DNA of 64,000 nucleotides from Balanoglossus misakiensis (Eukaryota > Animalia > Hemichordata). Of the stretch, positions 28,403 to 41,573 are shown piece by piece (the first letter of the stretch is position 1; each line of letters begins with the position of its first letter). The position numbers were made by a program, and so were the translations under genes. The stretch is from NCBI GenBank assembly GCA_040954595.2, contig CM082576.2:11721129-11785128 (forward strand), given 5' to 3'. Under the pieces are notes generated by a model, which saw only the letters and a list, made by a program, of their open reading frames with translations, was not told where the DNA came from and did no database searches.

Positions 28403-31400
28403 TCATACATACATAGAGTTAAGAAGTTGATCTAAGTTAGCTTTTGTGCTCGGAAAATTGTCAAAACCACAAAAAGTATACCTGAGGAAACGAGCTACCA
28501 GCTGTGAGTCGAGGTTGTCCGATAACTCCCTCTCTTCCTTCGAAAAACAACGGTGAATCTCGCTGCAAATGATCGCCACGATCAAGGTGATGAAGAAGGT
28601 CCACACACCGTACCACATAAACGACATCTGCAGTAGGTTAAAAAAACAGAGACAGCGCGTTTGCGTTTAGATTATGTTCAAAGCCTTCCGTTACGGCGTA
28701 GTGAGCCTATAAGTTAGATCGACCTACCGCCACCAACCGCCACCAGACTGCCATGTAAATGTTCGTCAATCAGCACAATGTAAGACTGCACACTTACCGA
28801 GTAGATGGGCAAACCCTCATCGAGGCTGCCGGAATACACAGTGGCACCTATGGCAATCCACAGTCCCATGCTAAGGCCTACTATTATGCCAATTATCACT
28901 CCCCTAGTAAAAATAAATGCCAATAGTTAAGGATCGCACATGATTGGAAGTCGCACCAATTCTCCCTGCCTTAAATAGGTTTTTGGCTACCTAGGTGGGT
29001 GATTAAAATCTCATATGGTCGACACAATTTCAAGATGGCCGATTTTTGCAATGTTTAAGGAATAGGAGTTCATAAGCCAAAGTGATGATGGGTCATTCTG
29101 AAACTGTTTAACAGAAAAAATAACAAAATGTGAAAAAGGTTTAATGAGTTTAATATGGTAACTACAAAGACAGACATGTTTGACCTAAGGAAGACATTTC
29201 TGGCAAGGGGTATTGTGTCATAACCAACCAACCAACCAACCAACCATGCATGCAATAATCCACCACATTTGCTTTCTTAAATTACGTCACTTCGTGCTAT
29301 ACTCAGTTTTAATTTGCTTTCATAGAGTGGCATTTAAACTAACCCTTGAGTTGACCTCCTGTAGAGCACACCAATCGTTGTTGCTGCCAACAGAGGGCCA
29401 CCAAAAACACCGAGTATGGCATTACTTGTAACCAGCATCGAGCCCATGTTACTCACAGCGAAAGAAACGCCGATCGCGATGAAACCAAATGTGATCACTG
29501 AAACGAGAAAGAGTTCGTACATGTATCTGTCAAGTCACTTACAAGGAACGTTAGAAGCATTCGGTGTATTGTCACACCAGCTTCAACTGTGGTTTTCACG
29601 ACCTAAGCGTAAAGGTTTGATATACAATTTGCTATTATGATATTTCGCACTCCATCGCTGCGATGGAGTGGGAAATAAATATGCTTCTTTTAGGGGGAGA
29701 GGTAATCGGTAAGAAATTTAAATGGCAAAGAAGCCGGGTGTTTTACCGGCTGTCGACCCTTTGTTGAGACAAACAGTCTATACATACCGAGAAGCTGGGA
29801 TAACATGTAATCGACGGCCTCATTGTGCACAACTTCGCGACCTCTAGACTTCCACCTTCTGTAGGGTCTGACGTAGTCTTGGATGACGATGGCAGACATG
29901 GCGCTGAGTGCCGACGACACTAAACTGAAATTGGGGGGGGGGGGGAGAGAAAAGAAGTGGGAGATAAGAATCAACAAAGACGGAAGAGAAGAAAGTATAG
30001 TTGGAATAACACGAATGGGTGTAGGTATACGAAGAGATGACGTTCATTAAAGCCAGTCTGGTCGACGAGAAAACTCTCTTGTAGCACGGGCGAAGGAGTA
30101 TTGAACGAGAATGGTCCTGAAAATAGAACGATGGCCGCTTACCTCAAAGTACCAGCAAACACTACGGAGAAGAAGAGACCCTGAAATCCTGGCATGTGAC
30201 TGAAGTTTTCTTTGACAAAGAAAACAAAAACCTGTAGAGTTAAAAAACAAAAGATAACGGGCGTATTATATGTGCACGTGGTTACCTGAAACATCATGTT
30301 TTATTTTGGCCAAGATGCCTGGTCAAAGATGTGCAGGAGCATGAGGAGGATATTGCCAGTGTAGTGTGACGTCATGTGCGCGCGAACGTTATAAAGATGT
30401 GAACACAATCAAAGAGCCAAAGGCCCAACAAACAAAACGAAATGGTACTTTGAATTGAAAATTTACCTCGTCGGGCGAGTAATAGTCCGGTTCTGGGCGT
30501 GGCGTTGGAGTAAGTGTTGACTGTGGCTTTTCTGTAAATAGTGACCAGGTGTCTGACGTCATAGTAGACGTTTCGCTGTTCATTGCTGTTGCCTCCATTT
30601 GAACCTCATCGCCTGGAGAAAAACGGTGTTAGAAACACATAATATTTTAATTTTAAATTCATCTCAGTTCAGTTCAGTTATATTCAATTCAATTTTGCTT
30701 TATTCAATCCTAAAACTATCAGTTGCTTCTCATGTAGGTCGAGTTATATTTTACCAAGATGGCGGAGTCTGTAAGCATTTGTAACTTATATTAGCAGTAT
30801 CTTCATTCTCTACATTAACTACAGTAATTTTCAACAGTAATTGAGCTGACTCTGCACATACTGGCTGCATTGATAGTGTGAGTACTTCACCATGCCATAG
30901 GTGACACACAGAACGAAACACCGCAAAATTGGCAACCAATGACAGCTGGCGAGTTTTAGAGTATAGTGTCCATTCCAATTGTCGTCGGGGGCGCTGTGGC
31001 TGCATGGCAAGGGCACTTACCGTGATAGTATACAAACATCATCGCTCCGATCGAGAAGAGGATTGGTTGGAAAACACACTGATATGGCAGATTCAGCATG
31101 ATAGCCCTGAAATGGTGGGAATAAAATGCTTGTCAGTTATTGTCAGACTTGTCGTTCTCGCTCTGACCATATTTGGTATGAACATCCTAACACTACATCA
31201 ATACTGTAATTGCTGTACTAGAATATGATTCAATATTTATCTGTTCAACAATGATACTTTCGTGTTTTTTCACTTCATTATTCCATCTTGCTAAGAGGCA
31301 TACGATGTGAGACAAAAAAGAAAACAGTTGCCTTGAGGTGACGACCCCGGCCAACTGGGCTTACATTTTGGTTTTCTTGATAGATTTGGTCGATATGGCT

Positions 31401-31765
31401 CTCTGCATCACAATCTGTGTGATCAGCAGAGCCAAGAAGTTAAGACCGCCACCGAAGAAAGCGTTGATGAAAGTGACTCTCTCGGATCCATCTATGGGGA
31501 AGCTGTAAACGAAAGGCAAAAGTGTGACCGATCAAGAAGGGTTCAAATTCGGATGCTAGTGTCAGCTGTCTATCGCAATATATTTTAATACTTCTTCCAG
31601 TAAGAAGGGGAAAACATCAGAAGAAGCGATGAAGCTAGAAGAAACCGGCTGCTCAACCCTTCGATTTACATGTGGTTACATCATCGTGTTCATTTGTTTG
31701 GTTACTTGGATTTATTGCGTTTTGTGTGGAAGAGTATTGAGAGAGGATGACAAACAGAGAGGCAT

Positions 31766-31796
<31 letters not shown>

Positions 31797-32848
31797 TACA
31801 GACAGACAGACAGACAGACAGACAGATAGGGAGATTGAAGAGCATAGAGGATTTATACTTGTTCAATATTCCGCTTACTTAAACACACCGACGCGCTCTG
31901 CATCTTCCATGACCCTCCATATATAGGCCGATCCACCGGTATTGATTGATCCAACGATGATGACGATAAGCAAAGCGATTAACATCAGCAGAAAGAAGAT
32001 GACATCAGTCCACACTATGGCCAAGATACCTCCCTAAATATATTCACACAAGTGGAGAAATATGTTGAAAAAATACCGTTGCCAAAGAACTAGATACTGC
32101 GGATGTCTAAGATAATTTAAAACAAATTCGGTGAAATTTGCTTGCATTTCTCAAATAACAACCAACATAAAAAGACTGATGCACAGCAACTGATTTTTTA
32201 TCCATAAAATTTACACTTACCATGCACGTGTACACTATGCTTATTATAGCCATTGCAAATACACACTGCCACGCCGCAAGCCCATATGCTGCAGAGGGAG
32301 ATATAGAAAGAGAGAGGGATAGGGAGAAAGAGAGAAGGAGGGAGAGAGGAGAAGAGAGGGGTGCAGAAGAAAGGGAGGAGAGAGAGAAAACGGGAGAGGA
32401 CAAATATTAGAATTACGTACAATTGTTTACAAAGAAAAACACACTTAACACTGAAGTGTTGCACAGTACCAATCTAATGCTCTCATATGTTCATACTGTG
32501 CGTCATCGGTACCTCAAACTCCACTGTTAATAAACGTTTTTGCATTGTCGTTCACCTAAAATATTCTCCAGTTGCCTTCGTTATGCTTTGGAACTCCGGG
32601 CATAGCCTGGCAAACATGACTGCATTGGTGATCAGAAAAATAAATGTTTTGTACCATAAGGTTTCAAAGTATACTAGTAAACCAATTTCAACACAAAAGT
32701 GAAAAAAAGTTTAGTCTCTAGGCAGACCTGCTTCAAATGCCTTTGCTGGTCCAATGAGAGCCACGCCGGTGTAGAACAAGCAAAGCGTTAGGAATAATAC
32801 AGAACAGATCAGTTGAGACCCGTACCTAAACCTCAGCCCCATGTACTG

Positions 32849-32945
<97 letters not shown>

Positions 32946-33748
32946 GGGGGGGAGGGATTACATAATTAGTGAAATCTAGTGACATAAATACGCGTTCTGA
33001 TAAGGATGTTTCAAACCGAATACTATTGTGTATCTCCGTCTTCTTGCTAGTTTTTTTGGGGTTAACATTTCTCAGCGATGATATTTATACTATGTCGAGA
33101 GTATCGTATCTGTACAAAATCAAGTTATGTTGACCTTGACCATGGCTAGACCCTTGCAGATGTAGCCTCGATTGAAACCGCAATAAAGATACACCTTGAA
33201 AACTCACCTCATAAACGCTGGTGATACGAATGCTTCGATACACCGATGAGAAAAGACAGGCGGCAACTGGGTAGACCCAGAACATGGAGAGGAAGAAGGC
33301 GGCGAAGCCCATGCCATACTCGTACGTCTCCCCGGGGTAGCCCAGCAGGACTATCGCTGACGAGCATGACACGAAAATGGATAGCGATAGCGGGATCTGC
33401 TTCAGCGACCTGTCTCCCAGGAAGTACCTGTGGGCGAAGAGGCGTTCCACGGCGGTAAAAAAAAATGCTTTTTCGCGATTGTGTGTGCAATTGAGAAAAT
33501 CACTCAGTGACATTTCTACTGTGCGGGTGTGCAAAAGCTGGCGACGACAAACACCCACAAGAGAAACCTCGACAAAACAACACACTGTCCACGAGAAAGG
33601 AATTTGAGTAAAGATTCAACCAAACAAGAACTGTGGAAACTCACCGAGACACTGTTTTCTGCCTTCCCCGCATGAAGGCCTGATAAACACCATGGCAAAT
33701 TACAAAGAGGACCACCAGAAGAAAGATTACGTAATCGACGAAATTCAT
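28403..33748 (-). CDS. Sodium:solute symporter family protein (SLC5A8/SLC5A12/SLC5A6/NIS clade), 13 exons, ~581 aa if the last exon is unspliced
   Basis: Exons 33645-33748, 33208-33427, 32728-32845, 32221-32288, 31879-32033, 31365-31502, 31021-31106, 30467-30612, 30143-30231, 29788-29924, 29344-29497, 28798-28903 and 28403-28627 are phase-consistent. Motifs: [52 protein letters not shown] and SFMWY. Confidence 0.92.
31766..31824. repeat. (GACA)n microsatellite
   Basis: Tetranucleotide run with one interruption in SLC5 intron 5. Confidence 0.93.
32851..32942. repeat. (GA)n microsatellite, ~46 units
   Basis: Pure GA dinucleotide run directly adjacent to the acceptor of SLC5 exon 3. Confidence 0.97.
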
Positions 33749-34822
33749 CTTAGCAGCCTTCACCGGTGTATACCATCTGAACTAAGGGAACAAATCCAAC
33801 AGTCCGAGCTCTGCCTGCAAAAGTGTAACATTAACAAAGAATAAGGACACTATGGGCATGGAAAACGCAACACCCGAAAGAAGTACGCTGGTAAAAGGAC
33901 TGTTTCAAATTTCCCCTTTTCTTCAAGTTATCTTAAAGAAATAACTTTGGAGATTCGAGTTTGCGCGAGACCTATATATTATGCAGATGGCGTGCCCTGC
34001 GAGCTCATTAATAGTTTTTCAATTCACGGTGTCCAGGTGTTGTGACTTGGTGTAATGAATCGCTTTTCAACTTGCAAACGAACACAAACAAACACAAGAA
34101 AGATGATAATACATTATGACTGTATACCTATCTTCAAAGGTGTTAGGCAGTCAAACTAAAATGGTTTCATGCTAGTTGTTGGCTAGAATTGGTAACATAC
34201 ATATCACACGCCCATGAGCTGCACACGTTTCGAACCCCTCGCCGGCGGCGAGTAAAATATTGAAATACAACCCCGGAGTTGATGATCCGCGCCGAAGGTG
34301 AAAATACCTCAGTCTCCAGAAAGGCATGGGTATATCGTGGCGTGAAAATGTGGGAATCATTTGAAGAAAGAAAATAATGTACCAGGGGTTTCTAAAACAA
34401 AGGGCAATTAGGCAAGGGAAGTCACGAGATGGTTGGTGGTTAGTAACATCACGTGATAAGACCCAAAGCATGGTATGATCGCGAATAGAGCCCCAACAAC
34501 GCGGGTTGCCGGTAATGTAAAGGCCCATTTACTACGTGACGTCATGTAATGACATGAATGAATGCCTGTAAATGATACCGCGTACTGTTCTAGTTCGTAG
34601 AGACAATTCGGTTAATATCACCCGAGCCAAACCCAGAGGTTATTAGGGGCGGGTCGACGCCGACATATCCTCCGGGCCTGTAAACACATCAATTTGTAAT
34701 TTCAAGGTAAGGGGCGGAATTGATTTTTAAACGTTTTTGTTACTTTGTAAAGGCGCATTTGAATATAATGTGACCAGAATGAAAATTCTTTCGTGAGTAA
34801 TGGAATCCACTATGATATTTTT

Positions 34823-34836
34823 GTTACCATAGTAAC
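34823..34836. promoter_or_regulatory. RFX X-box ~1.1 kb upstream of the SLC5 start
   Basis: GTTACCATAGTAAC fits the X-box consensus. Confidence 0.45.
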
Positions 34837-34925
34837 ATGCAATAAATGTTTTGTTAATAAATTGGTCAATATGAATCATGATGCAAAGAAGTCAGTTCTT
34901 TTACATTTGTGTAATTAAAGTCATA

Positions 34926-34951
34926 ACAACAACAACAACAACAACAACAAC
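34926..34951. repeat. (AAC)n microsatellite
   Basis: Seen directly in the sequence. Confidence 0.85.
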
Positions 34952-37900
34952 TCACTCACTCATTCAGTCAATCTAGATTTGCAAGGACTGCAAAGCATCA
35001 TGCGATACACATATGAATAAACTTATACATCTAAATTGCCCATACTTTATTTTTTCCGAGTTTTATGTCCGACCTATCCAGAATTTTGTGCTCTGTAATA
35101 ACGGAACACCAAATTGTTAAAGAACCAAGCCCGCTCTTCCATTTAAAGATAACCGTTCGATGTCCGATCGCCGACCTCTTGACTCGGCTGTCGGAGTTGG
35201 CACGCTTATCCCGGGTCGTAAAATTAGTATTTATTTGTTTCGGAGCGCAGGTCAACCAAATAGTTTTGACTAGCATGATTTTAATCGTTTGTCTGTTTGT
35301 TGCAATAGAAAGGTGGAGATAAAGAAACTAACTGTATTGGCCGTTTTACATGCTATCGACAAATATAGCAAAAAGCGTGCAAATAGATTATACTAGGTAA
35401 TAAGTAGCGACGGTTCAATTCAGTGCCGCTGAATATTGATTTCACGTACGAGACCGGCAGTCTGCCGGCAAAGTATACGTGTACTTGACCAACTATCTAA
35501 AACCACCCTATATCCCCAACCGCGTGGACTAGAACAGGTATAGCTATTTTAATTTACAGCCAGCAGCCCGGCCCCAAATTAAACCCCGACAACAGGCAAT
35601 TTTATTTCTATTTTTAAACCGGCGGTGGTGGTGTGACCCAAGGGCCGGTGCAGGTGGCGTGATAGGGATCGGCGGAATCTTCTTTGTCCACTGTGTACAG
35701 ACTGACACTGCGCAGCGACGGTCCAGAGTTCCCATATTGTCTCTGGCGCGGTGTGTACATATACGAATGCGGTTAATACTAGTATTTTGGTCCAAAGTAT
35801 TGGTGCCACCCCCACGCAGGTTAGCACCCGCTATCTCTCTCGCACCTTCACACCATAACCTTCCACACAGATGCGCAGGCCGCGTCCCCCACAACCGACA
35901 AATGTCGACCCGGCAATGACACTTCTGTGTCCCGGTAAAGCTTTCAAAATAGAACCGGCGTGGAAAACTACTGATCACGCGACCGACCGTGTTCTCGGAC
36001 AGAGGTGTCATAAACATTACGTCAGTCTCACAAAACACAGACAGAGCACGTATAAAATGACAAAACTATTTCAAATATATCGCATATGAGAAGCAGAAAA
36101 AAATGCTTAATTAGACTTAATCAAACACAGTGTTATGTTGCTAGGCATGTCCATAATAATGGCGTGGAAACCCACTTCAAATAAACGCTATAGCGGTATA
36201 CCTTGATAGTTGTTCGGGGTAAAATTCAAAAGTTTGCTGATGAACCCGTGTGAATTTCGCATGTATTCTATTTTGAATTTTTATTCAAAGGATCCGCTTC
36301 GTTAAATTATGCCTTTTGCGAACTTCTCTTTTCTCAAAGGTCGGAAAAAAAATTACATTGCATCGGCGAAAAGCGATCAGTGGGTAAAGGCCGTCCATTA
36401 ACTTTGTTTAGTCGGTCATTACACTCCTTCGAATTCTTCCACGCCCGTATCTTCTGCCAGATCGTATCTAGTAGAGTTTACTTTGGGTGATTAATAAGGA
36501 GATTGTGTAAATTACAACTTCTGTGGGTCTATTTTAGAATGGGTGACATAGTTCACAGACGGCGTTCGAAAGTCTACCTGAGTATAGACGCCAGGTTGGA
36601 CAAACTTTGGATAAATGCCGGTCCGGTCCAGAGATCTGATCCCAAATTAATCTCTTTCGATTGATAAAGGAGGACACCCGTGACTTTGTACAGGCAGTGG
36701 TAACAGAAACCGGTTTGGATAAATTATTCATGTTTGTGATGTGGAGTCGTCCAAATCTGGGGAGAAAACCTGTTCGTTTCCCTTCATAATCAAGATAACG
36801 GTGTGCTGTGTAAACTGCGATGGAGTTTACAGAGGTTTCACGATGCACGCATATGGGGCTGGCGAAATATTTTAAATACGCCGAAAAAAATGGGCACAGT
36901 GTTTCTTCGGGGAAAGAAAATCCCCCACTTGGTTCACTCTACTTCGTTCAAATTAAAGAAATGATAATTCTGATATCATTAATCTTCAAATATTTTCTGA
37001 GAATGGATAATGTTTTGGTTATTATGTATCCTGTACGGCAAACAGATATCTTGAGTTTAAAAATGCCCCTCGTCGGGACTTAGTAGCAGACGACATGCCG
37101 TGCATATTTGTTGGTGCGTGGAGGCTCTTCTCCAAGTTGGCGCTAAAAATATATCATTGGTGACCGACGGGTTCATTAGTAAAGCCGTGCTTGTAGTTCG
37201 CTCGCAAATAGTCGTTTGGATATTTGGATCGGCAATGGCACGATAACCGACCAACTGTATTAATTTTTTTTGATAAATCTGTGATAATGATTTACGGGTA
37301 ACAAATCGTATACACAAACGGAGGGAGTCATTTGCTTTAGCAGTGGTTGGGACTGACAGATAAATAGAACAAGTACAGTCGAAACCTACTTCGGCAGCTG
37401 TTGAGTGATCGCCGGATGATTTAGCTTTGGGAATTCAAAATCAGAAGAAAATATTTAGAAAGCAATATTTTCCTTGGCTCATTTCATTCGTCCGCGTTTG
37501 AAATGGAACCGGGTACAGAAAAAGAAAAGAAAAGAAATAGTAAGATATGTTTCATAAACATTGGCAAAATTAATACGATGATAATTTACGACCTTCTGAC
37601 TTTGATCTTGAACAAATTGGGTGTTCAAAATCATGCAAAGAATTTCAAGTTTATAAAATATCGAAAAATAATTTTTTGTTCAAAGTCAGTGTTTTTGCTT
37701 AATAGTGTATTCCACAGACGCAATATGAGTCTGACTATGAGTTTACTAATGAAATTGATTATTTTGTCAGTTTTGAAGAACACCCATCCTGGCGAGCGGA
37801 TAGAGTATTTGCTGCGGAAAAAAAAACTTCATCGGTGAACACCGACGAAAGAGGCATTGCATTTAAATCTCCCGCGCTCTCTCGTCGCACACAATAATGT

Positions 37901-39640
37901 GTTCGTGAAAAACGACTTGCAGTGTGACAAATTAAAGTAGCGAAATGAAACAAATACAGCCGCAAAAAATAGTCGTGGCCATAAACTTACGCTTTTAAAC
38001 CTCCCTGTTCAAGGGAAATTTTAGAATCCACAGACAGACGCGATCCGATCGTCCATGGCATAAAATCTGCGGCGCTTTCACCGAACAGGTACTTTGAAGA
38101 GTTCCTTGAACGCGCTGTGCTTGAAGATCATCGAAAAGTGGAAAGTGACCAAAACTCGTCGCGACGGAATTGTGGTGGCTGCAGCGGAGACGTCCTTCAA
38201 GTCAGCGTACTACATGAGTGTACGCTGTCCAGGCTGCGGGGGCCGGTGTGATAATGACTGAGCGTCGGACCAACTCCGGACGCGTTTTTGAGATTTTCTC
38301 GATACCACGTGAACGCACCCAGAGTAAATTAGTGCATTGTATTGACACGTGAACGTTCCGTGCTTCCGTTTCACATATCCCAAAGTCCAGCGAAGTGGCT
38401 TTAGATTCGAAAAGCTTCAAGGGTAAATTCTACGCCTTTTTTTTAGAATTTTACTCAACGAAGCTTACGTATTATATCGACGTTTAAATTCGACACTGTA
38501 ATTTAGTACTGATGAAACGTAGGTGTACTGGAACACAATCAGCGACTTTTGGACGACCGAATTCTGAGTACCCGACATATATATTGTTAGACCCATATAT
38601 CACCATCCTTCACCACAGCAACTTATTTTTTTTCATTCACCATGGCAACCTGTTGATGCCAGGACGTCGGCAGTTCTTGATGCACAATGTGACTTCTTTG
38701 CTATACATGTATTCACTATTTCTTTTTATAACCCCCCCCCCCCCCGCAATTTTTGACCATCGATTCATCGCGCCGTGGACTGGATCAATTATACAGCAGC
38801 AGCAGACGGCCTTTTTTACAGCTGCATCACTGGAGCCGGTCAGTTATGTTGCCGGTGATCTCTGTGATAAGATGGCGTATCGGTCTGTAGGGCAAGGTGA
38901 CCTCTCCCTCTGTGGAGGAACGAAACAACATGCAATACGCTGTGAGATAGATACACCGCGACTTCGTATACGGTCATTGTTAACGGTGTCACTGTCAACA
39001 AAATGTCGCGTCTCACACGGGACAAGACTAAGAAAATTGGTAGATTTGATATGGTTGATATGTATTTTTGCGTCAATATGACCAAACTACAGAACGCGGA
39101 GAACAAAAACCATTTCCGAGACACGTTTTTGGTCATTGTAAAGTTTAATTTTATTCAAATAAATACATGTATAAGTTTAGCTATACTTTGCATACCCATG
39201 TATAATAGCGTTTATCCTGATCAACTTTCTAAACTTCGAACCAAACCCAGCCGCACCTTTTAAAGGCCCTTTTTATGATCCCAGCGCCAACCCCGTGTCT
39301 TGTCTACATGTTGTGATGTAGGAGAAAGCTCTATGGAAACAACAGACCAGGTGCACCCACCCACAAACTACATAGCTAACTACTCAGTAAGAAAATGGGG
39401 GTGTACTGACTGTCATTAACTTCATGATTAGGTCACATTTTAATCTATACACACGTGGGCTATCTATTAGTAAATGTAATTGTGTGTAGCTCCCTCCATT
39501 GCTATTGGCACCAGTTTTTAGCCACCTCACACTAAAATTCGAAGTTTATCCAATCTTTCTCGGCTTCGGAAGGGGGCCTCGTTTCGTGGTACATGTATAT
39601 CTACCTGGTTTCAACTTAACATGCAATTAAACATTCTATA

Positions 39641-39802
39641 GTGGCCGGTTAATGGACGTTACTAAACTGTCCTTTACAGACACGTGGCTTTTATAGACCG
39701 GGTCAATTAATGCACATGGCAATTGCACAGGGACTGTAACAAAGTGGCCACTATATAAAGGTGACCGCTATATAGAGGTGGCCACTATCGCAGGTTTGAC
39801 TA
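39641..39802. mobile_element. Right end of a Tc1/mariner(pogo)-type MITE with subterminal repeats
   Basis: Repeated GTGGCCACTAT/GTGACCGCTAT units end in CAGGTTTGACTA, the typical layout of TA-flanked CAGT..ACTG MITE ends. The left end was not found. Confidence 0.5.
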
Positions 39803-41094
39803 TGTGTGATTTTGACTCTCCAATGTAGCTCAACTCTGCCATGAACTCTAACCTATATCCCTCGATATCGGCTCAACACCTCAAGTGGACATGTTGTAGT
39901 GCTCTTCTTCAAATGACCGGGCCGACGACGATGATACTTGAACTCGTGGTATAAAAACGGCCGGGGCCTTACGAAGTGACCCCGTACCCGTGTCTCCGAC
40001 ATACACCAACATGGCCGCATCAAGGGAGACACTGTAGTTCGTTTTCTTCGGGTCAGCCTTGTCGCAAGTCGTGCGAAATCGTGAAAGTGATGAATAAGTA
40101 TCCATATTTCCTTTAATCGGATCTTAACCCGACAACATCTTTATATGACTGTGTTCTCTTGCTCACAGCTATATATGGTATCACATTACATGTACATGTA
40201 TTGGGTGTTCTTTCCGGCACACGTCGACCACAATTTTATCTATGCTACCTAAAATGATGAAATACATGTACCCTGTTCTTGGCGCTGTTTCACAGAACCT
40301 CTGGCACATGAAGCGTAGCCGAAATAATAAAGATTACGATCTCGACCTGCCAATAAGTGGAAAATTTATGGCAGTTGATTACGATGTATGACACAAAATG
40401 CTTGGATATTCGTAACGGCTGGTGAATGGGGAACGGCCTATGAAAGGAACGAAGAGAAACAGCATCATTAATTTTATAAATAATTTATATGTAATTGATT
40501 ATATACAAAGTTGTATTGAACAGTTCATATAAATCGGTTGCAGGTCAGGTACCCCGCCACCTGTGGATGTTTTGACCCAAGTCAGTTCGACCCCCAATTT
40601 TTCAACTACCGGCCTCCTCGCTTCGACCCTGTACTGTACCCTACGCACTTTTAAATGTTTTTCAATAACATGCCGAAATAGTCTCATTCTTTTGTACACA
40701 GGCCTAGTTGAAATAATCTAGCATGTAGCCATGTTTTGCGTTCAATCATCACAGTCTGTGCAGCAACTGTGAAAGGGTGTGTAGGCCTATGCGTACGTGC
40801 CGCCTGACGGGCCCACTTTTCCATAACCATCTTGATTTGGCGTACTTTGGGGTTCTGGTTCGGTTGAGGAGCGGAAAGCACGTTCGGCCTCTTTTTTCTT
40901 TATTCGTGGGAAATATGTGCGACAGTTATTTGAAAGCGAGCCAACAGATTACAACAGAGCATGTGAATGGTTCTGGGACTGTGGTAGAACTGTTTCGGAG
41001 TGTTCGGAGGCATGTGTCACCCGGGATGTTTTGAAACGGCAGTTCCGATTATCGACGGGTAGGGCTACACTGAGTAGGTGTGCCCCTACAACGA

Positions 41095-41119
41095 CCAGTC
41101 TGATTAAAATCAGATGTAG
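41095..41119. mobile_element. Solo terminal fragment of the same MITE family as 50799-50955
   Basis: CCAGTCTGATTAAAATCAGATGTAG matches the TIR of the 50.8-kb element. No partner end was seen. Confidence 0.7.
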
Positions 41120-41573
41120 AGTTTATTAGGCGCTGTTCTGTTCTCGGTGTAGCATCCGTCATGCACCATGAAATGTAGTGCGCCCCCAAACATAACAAGT
41201 GGAAGTAACTTTAATCCAGCCCTACGCTCAAATTCGGTTCCAAATTTGTTTCTGTTTGGGTGGATGCCCTCTTCAAGAAGAATCCTATCAAAGAAAATCA
41301 AAAGGTTGCCTTCAACCGACAGATATAAAGTTGTTTCCCTGGCCGTTTGTAGTCGATATGCATGACCATGTCTTCTCGGTGACTTGGGACACGAGCTTCA
41401 CGTATCCGAAAACTAATTCACACCGAAAGGTGGCCTCATATTGCCCGGAAGTGAACTCACAAACTCGCAGCAACGATACAAACGCAAGTCTGCACGATAC
41501 TGTGCCTCACAGAGAGTATTTGGCTGAACATATCTGTAGTGTTTATTGCGAAGGAGTTACCTGAATAGTTGTG

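Noticed and set aside
38089-38261. GC-rich block after an acceptor-like AG with two open frames (one with CPGC)
   Set aside because: It has no recognisable homology or partner exons, so a gene cannot be supported.
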